64,000 nt of DNA from Paraspadella gotoi. Taxonomy: Eukaryota > Animalia > Chaetognatha. Under the pieces are notes generated by a model that saw nothing but the letters and a program-made list of their open reading frames with translations, made no database searches and was not told the DNA's origin. Location: the NCBI GenBank assembly GCA_051294375.1, contig CM119265.1, positions 15,166,963 to 15,230,962 on the forward strand, read 5' to 3'. This document shows positions 50,689-64,000 of this stretch, one piece after another; position 1 is the first letter of the stretch; every line of letters starts with the position of its first letter. The translations under genes and the position numbers were made by a program.

Positions 50689-53396
50689 CCACTTGATAAT
50701 CTCACGGTCCTCGCGACAACAAGATGTTTTCTATCCGATCACGTGACTTCATCTCTCGCTCTCGTTATCTTCGTGGCCATTGTCAATCTTTTCCGCAAGG
50801 AATCCTTTATCCTCATCCTTATTCCAATTCACCCACTCTTCCAGAAGACGGCGGAAAATCCTTCCCCCTACCACTTCTGCCCTCATCCTCTGGATTTTCC
50901 ATATTCAATTGGAATCGAAACTCGAGACGAGGAATCTGGTATCTCACCTCACACGATTTAAAACCCGATTGATATTCGATTCCTTCCGGATTCTAGCCCG
51001 ATTTTTTTCCGATTCTAACCGAGAGTAATTCCAGCCGGATTCCATAATGATTTCATCCCAATTTCCCTGCCTGATGCAGACTGAAGATTCAAACCCTATT
51101 GAAATCTTTTTTTTTACCCGTTTTTAACGAGATCATAATCTTACTCTACTAAATAGATTTAAACTAAATCCTCTCCTCCTATAAACCGATGCTAATTTAA
51201 AAAAAAAAAATTAACATACATATTTGACTTTCGCTCTCTCAGTCTCTCCCAGGTTTGTTGCGCCATTTTTAATTCAACTAAAATTAATTTTATACATTTT
51301 ATTCTCCGGCTAGATAAACTTAAGGCACTTTTTTTTTCTAACCTAACCTCACTTTTCCCTCTATTCTCTGTCTCCCCCGTATTCCCACCCCCTTTAAATC
51401 GACCCCCCCCCGGGCGCCCCCCCCTTCAGCGAGCTCCCGGAGGATTTCTCATTTTCTCTTGACCCATTTTCTCCTTTATTTCCCCATTAATTTCTCAATG
51501 ACTGACGAGGACTTAGACGACGACGACGACGACGAACACGACGATGACGGGCAATGAGACAACGTACAGCACTGACGAACCTGCGAAAATCGACAAGACG
51601 ATTATATATTAATAAATGATGGCAATTATTTACTTTATGACCCTNNNNNNNNNNNNNNNNNNNNNNNNNNNNNNNNNNNNNNNNNNNNNNNNNNNNNNNN
51701 NNNNNNNNNNNNNNNNNNNNNNNNNNNNNNNNNNNNNNNNNNNNNNNNNNNNNNNNNNNNNNNNNNNNNNNNNNNNNNNNNNNNNNNNNNNNNNNNNNNN
51801 NNNNNNNNNNNNNNNNNNNNNNNNNNNNNNNNNNNNNNNNNNNNNNNNNNNNNNNNNNNNNNNNNNNNNNNNNNNNNNNNNNNNNNNNNNNNNNNNNNNN
51901 NNNNNNNNNNNNNNNNNNNNNNNNNNNNNNNNNNNNNNNNNNNNNNNNNNNNNNNNNNNNNNNNNNNNNNNNNNNNNNNNNNNNNNNNNNNNNNNNNNNN
52001 NNNNNNNNNNNNNNNNNNNNNNNNNNNNNNNNNNNNNNNNNNNNNNNNNNNNNNNNNNNNNNNNNNNNNNNNNNNNNNNNNNNNNNNNNNNNNNNNNNNN
52101 NNNNNNNNNNNNNNNNNNNNNNNNNNNNNNNNNNNNNNNNNNNNNNNNNNNNNNNNNNNNNNNNNNNNNNNNNNNNNNNNNNNNNNNNNNNNNNNNNNNN
52201 NNNNNNNNNNNNNNNNNNNNNNNNNNNNNNNNNNNNNNNNNNNNNNNNNNNNNNNNNNNNNNNNNNNNNNNNNNNNNNNNNNNNNNNNNNNNNNNNNNNN
52301 NNNNNNNNNNNNNNNNNNNNNNNNNNNNNNNNNNNNNNNNNNNNNNNNNNNNNNNNNNNNNNNNNNNNNNNNNNNNNNNNNNNNNNNNNNNNNNNNNNNC
52401 TGACCACTCCCCTCTTCCCGATGAACACTCCCCCCTCCGACCTCACTCCGCCCCCTCTAGCGACCCATTTCGAGGTTTTGCCCCCCGTCGCCTCTGGAAT
52501 GATGGAGCCTCATCATTTAATTTGCCCCCTTCACCCGGCGAAGGACGCGTCCTCTGTTCCGCGTCCAAAAGAAACATTTTTTTTCCAACCACCGGCCTCC
52601 TCCCCCACTGGTCCCTGCCCCCGCCCTGGGCCTCTGCACCCCCAAATGGCATTACCGAGTCTCCCCCCCCCACAATAATGGCCTCGGTCTCTTGTAAAGG
52701 CCGCATCGCAATTCTGTAAACCAAACTCGACCAATTCGAAAACGCGGAAACTCACCTTCTGATTAGAAATTATAAAAGTTACAACATTGCTTGTTTACCA
52801 TACTTTAAAAGTTTAAATACTTTTAATTTAGGGGGGAAATTTTATTAAAGTAATAAACTTTTTGGTTATAAATGAAAATAATATTTACTTAGTATAATGA
52901 ATATTTAAAAAATATATATATGTTAATTAATTGTTTATAATTGTTTATCATTGTTATATAATTGTTATAATTTATAATGTTTTTTTAATTGTTTTTAATT
53001 CCCTTTTCGCTCCTATTTATTTTTTAAATTTACCGGCACTACTTTTTTCAAAAATTTCCTCTATAAACTCATTTTTTTCATTTATATTTCTCCCACCTCA
53101 CTCCCATATCTCCACAACCCCCTTCAATCTTCCCCAACACCCCTTCCACAACCCCGGCCACCCCGTCCACCCCCCCCCAAATTCCCCGAGTTTCAGACTT
53201 CTGTCTTTGGCTTCCAAACTTCTCGAAAATAATTTGCTGATGCAAAAAAACTCTCAGCGAATGGGAGAAAGAAAGAGAGGAGCTGAACTGGCGTTGAAGG
53301 ATATTTATTCGAGGGGAGAAAAGAGGGGTTGAGAGAAGAATAGGAGAGAAAAAGAAAGAGAGAAAGAAAAGAGGGGGTCAAGCCTGGAGATTATGC

Positions 53397-53474
<78 letters not shown>

Positions 53475-56400
53475 GAGAGAAGAGAAGAGAAGAAAAGAAT
53501 ATTCTTCCCCTATTTTTTTTTTTGCTTCATCGATACGCGCCGACTATCCACGCCGTCATTGACGTCGACCTCGTGACGCGACGATTTCTAAGCGTCACCC
53601 ACGCGTCGGTCAGCGTGACCCGCGATAACGTCACGTTTCCCGCCAAAAGGTCCCGCGGGTCGAGGTCGCAGTGTTCGCGCGCGTTGGAAAATCTCTCGGT
53701 GTTTTTTTTTTCTTCCTTTTTGTTTGGGTTTTAGTTTGTTTTAGTTGAGTCGATTATACGCTATTTTATGGTCATCATCGCGATACATGGTTCATTACTA
53801 TTTTTAAATGAATATAAAATTAGAAAAAAAAGTTAATTAATTTGATCCTAAATGTTTGTTTTTAGGTCTGTTCCTCACTAACCACGACAAAAGCAATGAT
53901 GAAAATGAGAATAATGCCGATAATGATTGACTATCAGCAGATCNNNNNNNNNNNNNNNNNNNNNNNNNNNNNNNNNNNNNNNNNNNNNNNNNNNNNNNNN
54001 NNNNNNNNNNNNNNNNNNNNNNNNNNNNNNNNNNNNNNNNNNNNNNNNNNNNNNNNNNNNNNNNNNNNNNNNNNNNNNNNNNNNNNNNNNNNNNNNNNNN
54101 NNNNNNNNNNNNNNNNNNNNNNNNNNNNNNNNNNNNNAAAAAAAGAAAAGAAAAAAGAGACAAAGAAGAGAAAAGAAACGAGAATAAAAATCTAAAGCGG
54201 AAAAAATGGCGACGTCGCTCGTTAGAGGAAGGAAATGGAAGGTTGGAAAGAAGAGGCAGAAAAAAAANNNNNNNNNNNNNNNNNNNNNNNNNNNNNNNNN
54301 NNNNNNNNNNNNNNNNNNNNNNNNNNNNNNNNNNNNNNNNNNNNNNNNNNNNNNNNNNNNNNNNNNNNNNNNNNNNNNNNNNNNNNNNNNNNNNNNNNNN
54401 NNNNNNNNNNNNNNNNNNNNNNNNNNNNNNNNNNNNNNNNNNNNNNNNNNNNNNNNNNNNNNNNNNNNNNNNNNNNNNNNNNNNNNNNNNNNNNNNNNNN
54501 NNNNNNNNNNNNNNNNNNNNNNNNCGTACAGGTGGGTAAACGGAAAGGCTGAAAAGGAGGGGAACAGGCGGCCTGTCGGTCTGTCGGTCTGTCGGCCAGG
54601 CGGTCCCTTTGTGGGAAAACCGTTCGCTTTCGTTTGGCGTCGACACACGATTTGAGTCCGACTCTGAGCGACGGTTGTAACGAGAGATGGTGAGGCTCGA
54701 CTAATGAGGTGAGGAGTCGTAATAATCGGACTCGCCTGTTCGTTTAAATTAAGTTACGGTCACAATAAGAATGATTTTTTTATTAGTTTGAATTCTAACA
54801 TTGTCTGTCTGAGATGATGAATAATGTTGACTAGTGATGTGGTTTATCAACAAACAATATCTTCTCAATCATGGATCATCCGAAAGTAGTATATACTGGA
54901 CAGTGAGATACTAGTATATACTACTCCGAATACAACGCTNNNNNNNNNNNNNNNNNNNNNNNNNNNNNNNNNNNNNNNNNNNNNNNNNNNNNNNNNNNNN
55001 NNNNNNNNNNNNNNNNNNNNNNNNNNNNNNNNNNNNNNNNNNNNNNNNNNNNNNNNNNNNNNNNNNNNNNNNNNNNNNNNNNNNNNNNNNNNNNNNNNNN
55101 NNNNNNNNNNNNNNNNNNNNNNNNNNNNNNNNNNNNNNNNNNNNNNNNNNNNNNNNNNNNNNNNNNNNNNNNNNNNNNNNNNNNNNNNNAAAAAAAATGT
55201 TGGTTGGACGTGGGTGAGATTCTTGAAAGGGATTCAGACTTGGTCGACCTCGAGTCGCGATATTTTTAGTCAGAGGAAATTAAGACGGATGAAGTATTAA
55301 GATAGGAAGACATATTGTCATTTGGGTTAATGAACCTTGAAGGAGAGAAAGAGGAGGAAGAGGAAGAGGAAAAAGTTCAAAATACGACAATGTAAATAAA
55401 CAAACTAAGAGTTTCAAGACAAAGAAAACGAGGGCAGACGTTGATTNNNNNNNNNNNNNNNNNNNNNNNNNNNNNNNNNNNNNNNNNNNNNNNNNNNNNN
55501 NNNNNNNNNNNNNNNNNNNNNNNNNNNNNNNNNNNNNNNNNNNNNNNNNNNNNNNNNNNNNNNNNNNNNNNNNNNNNNNNNNNNNNNNNNNNNNNNNNNN
55601 GCGCAATGCGATTGAAAAGGAAAAAAAAAAGGAAATATAAAAAATAAAACTAAACTTAAAAGAACAAAATAGCCGTATATTTAAAATCTCTTTAAAAAAA
55701 AACTCTCAGTGACGTGAGCTCTGATAGTTGCTGGTCGTACTTCGCGCATGGTTGGCGCTCGCTAAACCCGGGATTAAGAGTTTCACTGCGTAGGCGGCAC
55801 TTAAAATGACTAATGACTGTTTTTCTTAGATGCTATTCACGACTGAGGCGAATTCTCGAAGGGGCGTCGTTGGCAAGAGNNNNNNNNNNNNNNNNNNNNN
55901 NNNNNNNNNNNNNNNNNNNNNNNNNNNNNNNNNNNNNNNNNNNNNNNNNNNNNNNNNNNNNNNNNNNNNNNNNNNNNNNNNNNNNNNNNNNNNNNNNNNN
56001 NNNNNNNNNNNNNNNNNNNNNNNNNNNNNNNNNNNNNNNNNNNNNNNNNNNNNNNNNNNNNNNNNNNNNNNNNNNNNNNNNNNNNNNNNNNNNNNNNNNN
56101 NNNNNNNNNNNNNNNNNNNNNNNNNNNNNNNNNNNNNNNNNNNNNNNNNNNNNNNNNNNNNNNNNNNNNNNNNNNNNNNNNNNNNNNNNNNNNNNNNNNN
56201 NNNNNNNNNNNNNNNNNNNNNNNNNNNNNNNNNNNNNNNNNNNNNNNNNNNNNNNNNNNNNNNNNNNNNNNNNNNNNNNNNNNNNNNNNNNNNNNNNNNN
56301 NNNNNNNNNNNNNNNNNNNNNNNNNNNNNNNNNNNNNNNNNNNNNNNNNNNNNNNNNNNNNNNNNNNNNNNNNNNNNNNNNNNNNNNNNNNNNNNNNNNN

Positions 56401-56539
56401 NNNNNNNNNNNNNNNNNNNNNNNNNNNNNNNNNNNNNNNNNNNNNGTCTCTCTCCCTCTCTCTCTGACTCCCCGACAGCTTTGCCTCCACCCATCTTTGA
56501 TGTGGGACTTCTTCCAGCTTTGCCCCATCACCACCAGAA

Positions 56540-56565
56540 ATTATTATTATTATTGTTAATGTTAA

Positions 56566-56652
<87 letters not shown>

Positions 56653-56655
56653 TAT
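56540..56655. repeat. (ATT)n microsatellite
   Basis: Directly visible. Confidence 0.95.
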
Positions 56656-58335
56656 TGGGCTTTTCTTTACTCTCCCAATGCCAATCGCAATCTCGCTAAA
56701 ATTCATTTGGCTCATTAATCAGCTTTTTTCTAGAGAGGGAGGATCGGTGGTGACTTCTAAACTCGGCAAAAACTAGCCCCCCTCTCTCCTCTCTCTCTCT
56801 CTTCTCCTCTCTCCTCGATCTCTCTCTCATCATCATCTCTCTCCTCTCTCCCTCTCTCTCTCATCTCTCCCAATTTCTTCATTCCGAATCATCCGGGTAA
56901 GCTTTTTTATCATTTCTCAAGGAAACTACGATCTTTATCTTTTTCAATTTCTGCGTGTNNNNNNNNNNNNNNNNNNNNNNNNNGATCATCTCGTCCTCTT
57001 CTTCATCTCCTTCCTCTCCTTCTTCTTCCTCTCCTTTCCTCTTTCTCTTCCTCTCTTTTTTTTTACATGACCGCTGTCAATCTGATGTTTCTTCATCTCT
57101 CACCCTAATTTCCCCTAACTTCTCTCTTCCCCACAGACTTCATCATTATCTCCTTTCCTCCTCTTCAACTCCTCCCTCCCTTCTCCCTCCCCTCCCTTCC
57201 TCTTCCCTCCCTCCCTCCTTCCTCCTCTCGTCCTTCTCACCTTCCTTCCATTTCTCCCCCTACAAGTTTCTCCTTCCTTCGCCTAATTGCCTCCGGGATT
57301 TAACAGCTCTCTTCCCGTTTTTCTTTTTTTTTTGTGTGTTTTTTTTAGCCGTTTCTTTTTCTTTTTAACTTTTCCTTTATCGATGCTGATCTCCTTAATT
57401 CTCCTTTTTCTTTCTTTTCTTTGCTCTGCAATTTTTTTTTTTTTTTTGGGGAGGGGGTACGCTCCCAGAGAGACAAGTTGTTCCTTTTTTTTCTAAACTC
57501 CTATCATCTTATCTTTCCATCTCTAGATTCTTTTCTCCTTCTACCTTTTATTCCATTCCATTCCCTACTCGCGAGTGAATAAACCTCCCCAGATTCGGTA
57601 ATCTCTCGCTAAAAACTTTTCTGAGACTTTTTGGGAACCAAAACGATTTCCAGGCTCTGCCCTGCTATTCTCTTCTTCCCCCCCATGCTCTTCCTCACTT
57701 CCTTCCTTTTGTTCACCCTCTTCCTCTTCATTCATCCCCTCCTTCCCACTCGCCCTTCCAAAAAAAAAAGGGGAAAAAAAAAGAAAAACACTTTCTTCCC
57801 ACGATTTCGTCCCGAAAGCCGAAAAAGTTATGGAGGGAGACGATAACAACGACGACGACGACGATAAAAACGACGACAGTGACCGCATCGAGCATGACTG
57901 CAAAGACGCCAACGACGACGATGACGACGACGATAACGAAGCCGGCAATAAAGACTATCGACAATAACAACTCGGCCTCCGTTTTAGTCTAAAAATGGCG
58001 CTTTCGTTATTCCCCCCCCCACCATTGCTTTTTTTTGCCCTTTTTTTCTCTCTCTCTCTTCGGAGTTAATTTCCAATTTGCATTATTTATCCAATTTTTT
58101 TTCTTTTTTTCTTTTTCTATTTTTTTCCTTATCGAAGGTGCTATTCTTTTGTTATCGCGTTCGCGTTCAAGAAAATGGATTAAATAAAGAACAATGGGTC
58201 CATGAATGAAGAGCAGATGGGAAAACGGATTTTCTTCGTCTCACTCTCTCTCTCTCTCTCTTTCTGTTTTTTTTTTCTGTCTCTTAAGCTGTCTGTCTCG
58301 GGAATACGAGGGGGGGAGGAAGTATCGTGGCAAAT

Positions 58336-58337
<2 letters not shown>

Positions 58338-58430
<93 letters not shown>
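58338..58430. repeat. (GAAA)n microsatellite
   Basis: Directly visible. Confidence 0.95.
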
Positions 58431-58432
<2 letters not shown>

Positions 58433-59914
58433 GAAAAAAAGGAGAGAAAAAAGAAAGAGAAATAGAAAGAAAGGCATAAACGAAAAAATAAAGAAAAGAG
58501 TAGAGAAAGCGAGANNNNNNNNNNGAGAGAGATAGAAACCGATGCATTTTTTTACAACTGTCTAAATCAATCAAAACCGACACAAAACGGGACATAAGTC
58601 GAGGGGACAAATAAAAAATCGGATATTTCCAGGCCGAACGGAAAATGAACTGTGGCACCAAAAGCCAAGAAAAGAGAAAAAAGAAAAAACAAACATAAGA
58701 GAGACAAACAAAGAAAAAAAAATAATCGCCGACGAGAAGAAGAAGGCAAAATTCTGGGAATCAGATGAGAGTCGAAAATGCCTCGAGGTAAAAATAATAC
58801 GAAAAACAAACATGGAAAAAAAAGGAAGAAAAGGAAAGAAAGAAAGAAAGGGTGAAATAAATAAATAAATAAATAAATAAAGAAAAAAAGAAAAAAGATA
58901 GATGAAAAAGATTAAAAGAGAAAGGAGAAAGTTATAACGTTATAAAGTAAAAAAAAGAAACTACACAGAAATGAATTTAAAACTCAAAAGAAATTGAAAA
59001 ATAAAAAAAAGTGGACTGTACTTTTTTTTCTTTTTTGAGACCCAGAATTTGAAGGAAGAAACGAAATGGCCGAAGTGGGCGTGGCAAAGAGAAGGAGGAT
59101 GAAGGCTTGAGGCCAAGATGGGGGTGGGAGTATAAGGCGAGAAAGGTGGGCCTTAAACGTCGATGCAAAGGTAGGCAAAGAAGCGTGGGCGTTATGGTGA
59201 AAAGATTAAGTGAGAAAAGCGAGAGACAAACAAAAATAAAGAAAAGATTAAAGAGAAATGTTGTGAGTCTCCTTCTTGTCTAAAAGAAGACGAATTCAAA
59301 GTTCCATCTCACAAAAAAGCNNNNNNNNNNNNNNNNNNNNNNNNNTTTCACCGGACGGCCCAGTAGCGACCTTTCAATCGGCGATAAAATAACGAGGGGG
59401 CGAAGAGCCAATGAGAGCGAAGAGGCAAAGAGACAGAAAAAAGACACAGGAACCAGGAGGACCAGACCAGGGCGATACGCGGCGCCCAAGAGACAGAAAG
59501 AGAAGTTAAGGGGGGGCCCACACAATGAACAGCTGAATTCTTTCTCATGGCATCGCTTTTGGCTCGACGGCATACTGGCCCAATTCTCAACTACTGCGGG
59601 TTCATTGCTTGTAAACAAGTAACAAGTTCTCTCAGAAATTCTCTATAACGTTGATTGAAAGCCCGGAATCAGCCGAGCGCCCAAGAGATTCCGCGCAGCG
59701 CGGATCACCCAAAAAAAAAAAAATCCATTTTCGGTTCACTCCCGAATCGAGAGAAACCTGGAAACCGACGACGATCGTTGACGACGACAATAAAAAACTG
59801 GAACGCCCCGGCTCTTTATTAATTTCGTGCTGGGTCCCGTAGTGGCGCGAGGTCGAGAGTTCAGTGTGCGGTGGTCGGGTTTTTAAGCCGGGACCTTCCT
59901 TATATGGTAATTAC

Positions 59915-60064
59915 CGGCTGTGGCGAAGAAACCCTGGACCCTTTGGATGGCTCTAGTGGGAAAAGGGCTGTTGTGAAGGGTGCCCGCCGTGGGGAAAATA
60001 AGATTCTCCAGCGTTTGGGGGGGATGATCGGACAAGTGACAGTTGACGCTTTTCAGTCCAAAAG
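59915..60064 (-). CDS. Candidate symmetric (phase 1-1) exon, unknown protein
   Basis: tttcag| ... CCG|gtaatt, 150 nt, open: xFGLKSVNCHLSDHPPQTLENLIFPTAGTLHNSPFPTRAIQRVQGFFATA. The pyrimidine tract is weak. Confidence 0.2.
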
Positions 60065-61362
60065 CTGAAACCGCTTGATGAATTTTTTACTTTGGTGGAA
60101 AAAATAAATATTTTAGGAAACGGAAAAATATGGTTACGGTACATGTACCGTTGATGAAGATACAGAAAGTAAGAGTTTCTTACGATGAAGAAAATTGTTT
60201 AAAAAAAATCATGGGAAAGAGGGAAAGAAAAGAGGCAAAAGAGGGAAAAGAAGGAAAAGGAAAGAGAAGAGAGAAATATTATAAAAGAGGAAAAGAGGGG
60301 GAAGGGAAAGAAAAAGGAAAAGAGGGAAAAGGTTGAAAAAGAGAGGCCTGTTGCTAAAAAGTTAGAGAAAAGTAGGAAGGAAATGGAGAAGCAGGGTAGG
60401 CCAGGGGTTCGCGATTATCGAAAAGCGGGTATAGAAGAGGGGGATAAAGGATCGAGGGATAAAAGAGGGGTTGAGAGAAAGGACGGGGCGGCGGAAGTTC
60501 TCAAAGAAAGAAGGAAGAAAAAAAAGAAAAGAAGAAGAAGAAGAAGAAAAAAAAAAAAAAAAAAAAGGAGGAAGTCGAAGAAGAAGGGGAAAATGAATAA
60601 ATGATTTTGAGTTTTACTTCCGAGGAAATGGAATTTATTGTGCTGTCGGGGGAACTCTGGTGCGGACGGCGGCGGAAACCATAAATAAAAGCTGGAGGGA
60701 GGGAGGGGGGAATGGAGGAGAGAATAAAAATGAAACCGGGGGACAGGAAACGGGCCACGTCGAGAGATGGCGGAGCGAACAAACAAACGAAACAGTCGAG
60801 GAGAGCCCGAACAGGGTTTTGAGGAGAGTGGGGGAAGGGGCCCCACGCTATTGGAGTACAATCCTCCATTTTCGAGGAAATGTATACTGGGTTGATAGAA
60901 CAGGAATGGAAACAAAACAAACTGTCGTTTTAGTTACGGAAACATCGGACGTTCATTTCCTTTGTTTTTTTTCCCCTGATCAATATCCGACGGAATTATA
61001 GTTACGGTCGTCGTCGTCGTCGTCGGTCGCCCCGTCTTTATCGTTTTGTCCTGATTGTCTGGTCGGTCGTCGCCTTTCTCCGTCACTTGATCGATCGCTC
61101 ATCGTCGGTTGTCTTCGTAATACGATTTTCCTTCGGTTCGTCCTTCTTTTTTTTTAATTTTTTTAATTTTTCGTTTATTTCTTCCGATTTGGCGTTGCTT
61201 ATGACAACAGGAAAAAAAGAATAATAACGAAAGAGTCCTATCAAAAAAAAAATTGGAACGGCAAAATTTATCCGGTAATTTTACCCCGTCCACTTTATTT
61301 TTTTTCTCTTCCTTTTTCTGTTTCTTGCTCTGCCCGTACCGATTTTGCTTGGTTCGCCCGGA

Positions 61363-61500
61363 TTTTAGTTGCGCCCGAGTACTCGCGGACAAAGCAACTC
61401 TATAAGTCACATTTCGCGTCCGTCGGTCCGTCGGTTCCGTCGGTATGTCTGGTCCGTCGGTCTGTTCCCACTTACGTTTAAAAACTCAAACGCGTTCCTT
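61363..61500 (+). mobile_element. Truncated HINE-like element 5' end
   Basis: ttttAGTTGC...GCAACTctataag short inverted repeat followed by a (GTCCGTCG)n-type microsatellite; same layout as the 46.3-kb element. No 3' end recognised. Confidence 0.5.
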
Positions 61501-64000
61501 TTTAATTAAAAATATTTTAAAAATTGTTATCGATACTCTGTTTCTTTCCTATTAATCTAATATATTAAGAATAACGGGGGACATTTGAACGCTGTACGCA
61601 GAAGTTACAGTTTCCCTATTCTCCTCCATCATCATGTATCGACTAAAGGCAAATAAAAAATATTCTGGAACATTAATAAGTATTGATTATTATTCAACGC
61701 CAGATGCCGTTACGGAACTTCCGGTTAAAAGAATATCTTTTTCCTTTCCCATCGTTCCCCCCCCCCCAAACGTTTTTTTCTTCCTCTTTTTTTCTTTCTT
61801 TTCTCTGTTTTTTCTTCTCTTTTTTTTTTTCTCTGTTTCAGCTTTCGAAACAGCATGAAATAAATGATGGAGGCTTCACTCGCCACCGTGGCGCCCGCTC
61901 TCGGCCTTTTCTCTTCTCTATTTACCTTTTTAATCTCTTTTTATTTCTTTTTTTTATTTTCTATCTACAATGACTAAGAATTATCACTGTGATTCTCGTT
62001 TGGATATTATTGGAAGCTTTTGTCGTTTCTTTGTCTGTGGTTTTTGTAAACCTTCCCGCAACCATAAATCGTGATGGGGTTTTGGAGAGACACAAAGCTT
62101 GAACAGTTTTTTTTAAAACGATTTTTCGCTCTTACCAGGGGTAACGGTTTAGACCTCTGAATGCCGATGGGGGGTTAGGATTAGGGCGGGGCGCATCCAC
62201 GGCTTAGCACGTTAAAGTCCTGGTTCAAGGACCGACTAACGCTCAATTGAAGGCGGCGCCTCAATCGAAGTTCTTCTGGCATCCAACAAACGATTCTTGC
62301 ATCACTTGTCTTTTTCGATAAACAAGAAACTTTTCTTTTTAATTCTTTTCCTACCAAATTTCAGTTGTCTTCTTTTCTAGCCGTACGTTCGTCGTCTCGT
62401 CGTCGTCGTCTTCGTCGTCGTCGTCCGTCGTCGTCGTCGTCAACGTCCCCGTTCTTCTCCTTCCACTGCGTCACGTTCTTTCTCTGTCGTCGCCTTCGTC
62501 GTTCCCGTCGGCGTCTTGTTTACAAAAATAAATCAGGTTTGTTGAAGGATTTGATGAAAAAACTTGGTGACTGTGTTTTTGGAGGCCTCCTTGCCTTTTC
62601 CTTTCCTCTCCTCCTTCCTCTTCCACCTCCTCCTCCTACTTCTCTGGAAGGCGTCGGATGGTTGAGCCACTTTACTCGAGAGCTTATCAACATCACGGTC
62701 CAACTTCTCCACCGCCGGGGCTGGGCCGTTTCTTGAATGGAGGGTGGCAAGGAAGAAATGGGGTTAGCGCGTTTCTTGATAGGGCAATTCTTACATGAGG
62801 GCATACCGTTTTCTTTATGTTCGATAAGGGTTTTTAAATGAGTTTTGTCGAGTGGAGGAGTTTTAAGGAGTTGATTCCAGGTTCTGGGGTTCCGGGGCAA
62901 GGCTGGTTGTTTGATTTTATGGTCTTTTGAAGGATTTTTGGCGCGTATGACCCATCGTGATGCGGGCCTTTGATTGTGGTTGTTCGCCTTTTAATAGGAG
63001 ATACTATGGGTGATTTGGTAGTGACTGAAAAGGGCTATTGGCGGGGTAGGCGGCCGCGGTTTTGGTTCGTCTGTCGGATCTGCAAGACGGTAAAAAGTCG
63101 GCGAGAAAGGGAAATGAGTGGCGACGGGCGACGTGTCTGTTGAACGAGGTTCAGACTTTGATTTTCTCAAAAAACCAACGTTTCCCTCTTTTCTCTTTGT
63201 TTGGCGCTTCGAAACTCATTTGCCTCTTTGCCTCTTTTGGTCTCCTTGATTGTGGCCTCCGAGGGTTCTTTGTCTTTCTCCCTAGTTGCGGATCTTTTGT
63301 CCAGTTGCGTGACTTTGAAGTTTTTTTAAAGTTTTATTTTCCTCGTATTCTAACCAATAATAAGATCAATATTATCTATCATTTGGTATTCTGATACCGA
63401 AACAAAAAGATAATAGTGATAATATTATTTCCACAGCCTCTTTTCGTTAAAAACTCGATAAAAACGTAGTATGTAGGGTTTTTTTAAGTATTTTTTAAAT
63501 AATTTGATATTCGATCTAAACTAAAGTTGACCAAGCGGTTCCGGTTGCCAGTTGATACGTGGCGAGCCTCTCAACCCCAAGGAGGACCCTCCCCTCAATT
63601 TTTTTCTATTGACAAAACCAAATGACAACTAGAAATAAATAATCTATTTTAAAAAAAAGAAAACCCGGATTTTGAATCGAAATTAGCCGCGGCCAACCCT
63701 CATTTTTAAAAAAAAAAACCCGAATCTCTGCGGGCTTTTGGCCGCGGGGCCAACTGTGCGATGCGGGTCGGCGTCTCAAAAGAAAAGTAATTTTTTTGGA
63801 AAGCGAATTTGGAAGAGCTTTGAGGTTTGAAGGGTTTGGAGCGGTGAGATTCCGAGAATTGTAAGGGGTGCAGAGGGAGCTGGCCGAGTTTCCTTTCCCC
63901 CCCCACCCAAAAAAAAAAAGGCATGACCCTCGGTTAATCGCGTTGAATTTTCTGTTCACCGAGAAATTTTGAGTCGCATGGACCAAATCCCTCTTCTCGT

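Noticed and set aside
62520-63330. Several partially open minus-strand frames
   Set aside because: No recognisable domain or consistent splice model; cannot be supported without expression data.

Overview
AT-rich, microsatellite-dense animal (invertebrate-like) genomic DNA from a gappy draft assembly. Three things are well supported. (1) A minus-strand spliced immunoglobulin-superfamily gene (exons 14125-12313, 9020-8956, 3726-3510, 1514-1411, probably continuing past the left edge). The exons join in frame into a V-type Ig domain plus the start of a second Ig domain. Its signal-peptide-like segment lies behind a ~570-aa low-complexity in-frame extension. (2) A 5'-truncated Penelope-like retroelement (40622-42218): a GIY-YIG endonuclease tail between ~500-bp inverted pseudo-LTRs, each carrying a minimal hammerhead ribozyme motif. 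(3) Large inverted and direct duplications at 10.8-30 kb and 33.8-38.3 kb that abut exactly-25-N gaps and carry indel-type errors, most likely long-read gap-filling artefacts. Also present: two HINE/DINE-1-like non-autonomous Helentron remnants, minisatellites, degenerate TTAGGG tracts, many (GA)n/(GAC)n runs, and a few weak candidate exons and regulatory motif clusters. Most ORFs in the supplied track are microsatellite, gap or antisense artefacts. No tRNA, rRNA or CRISPR array was recognised. All comparisons were made by eye; no database searches were run.
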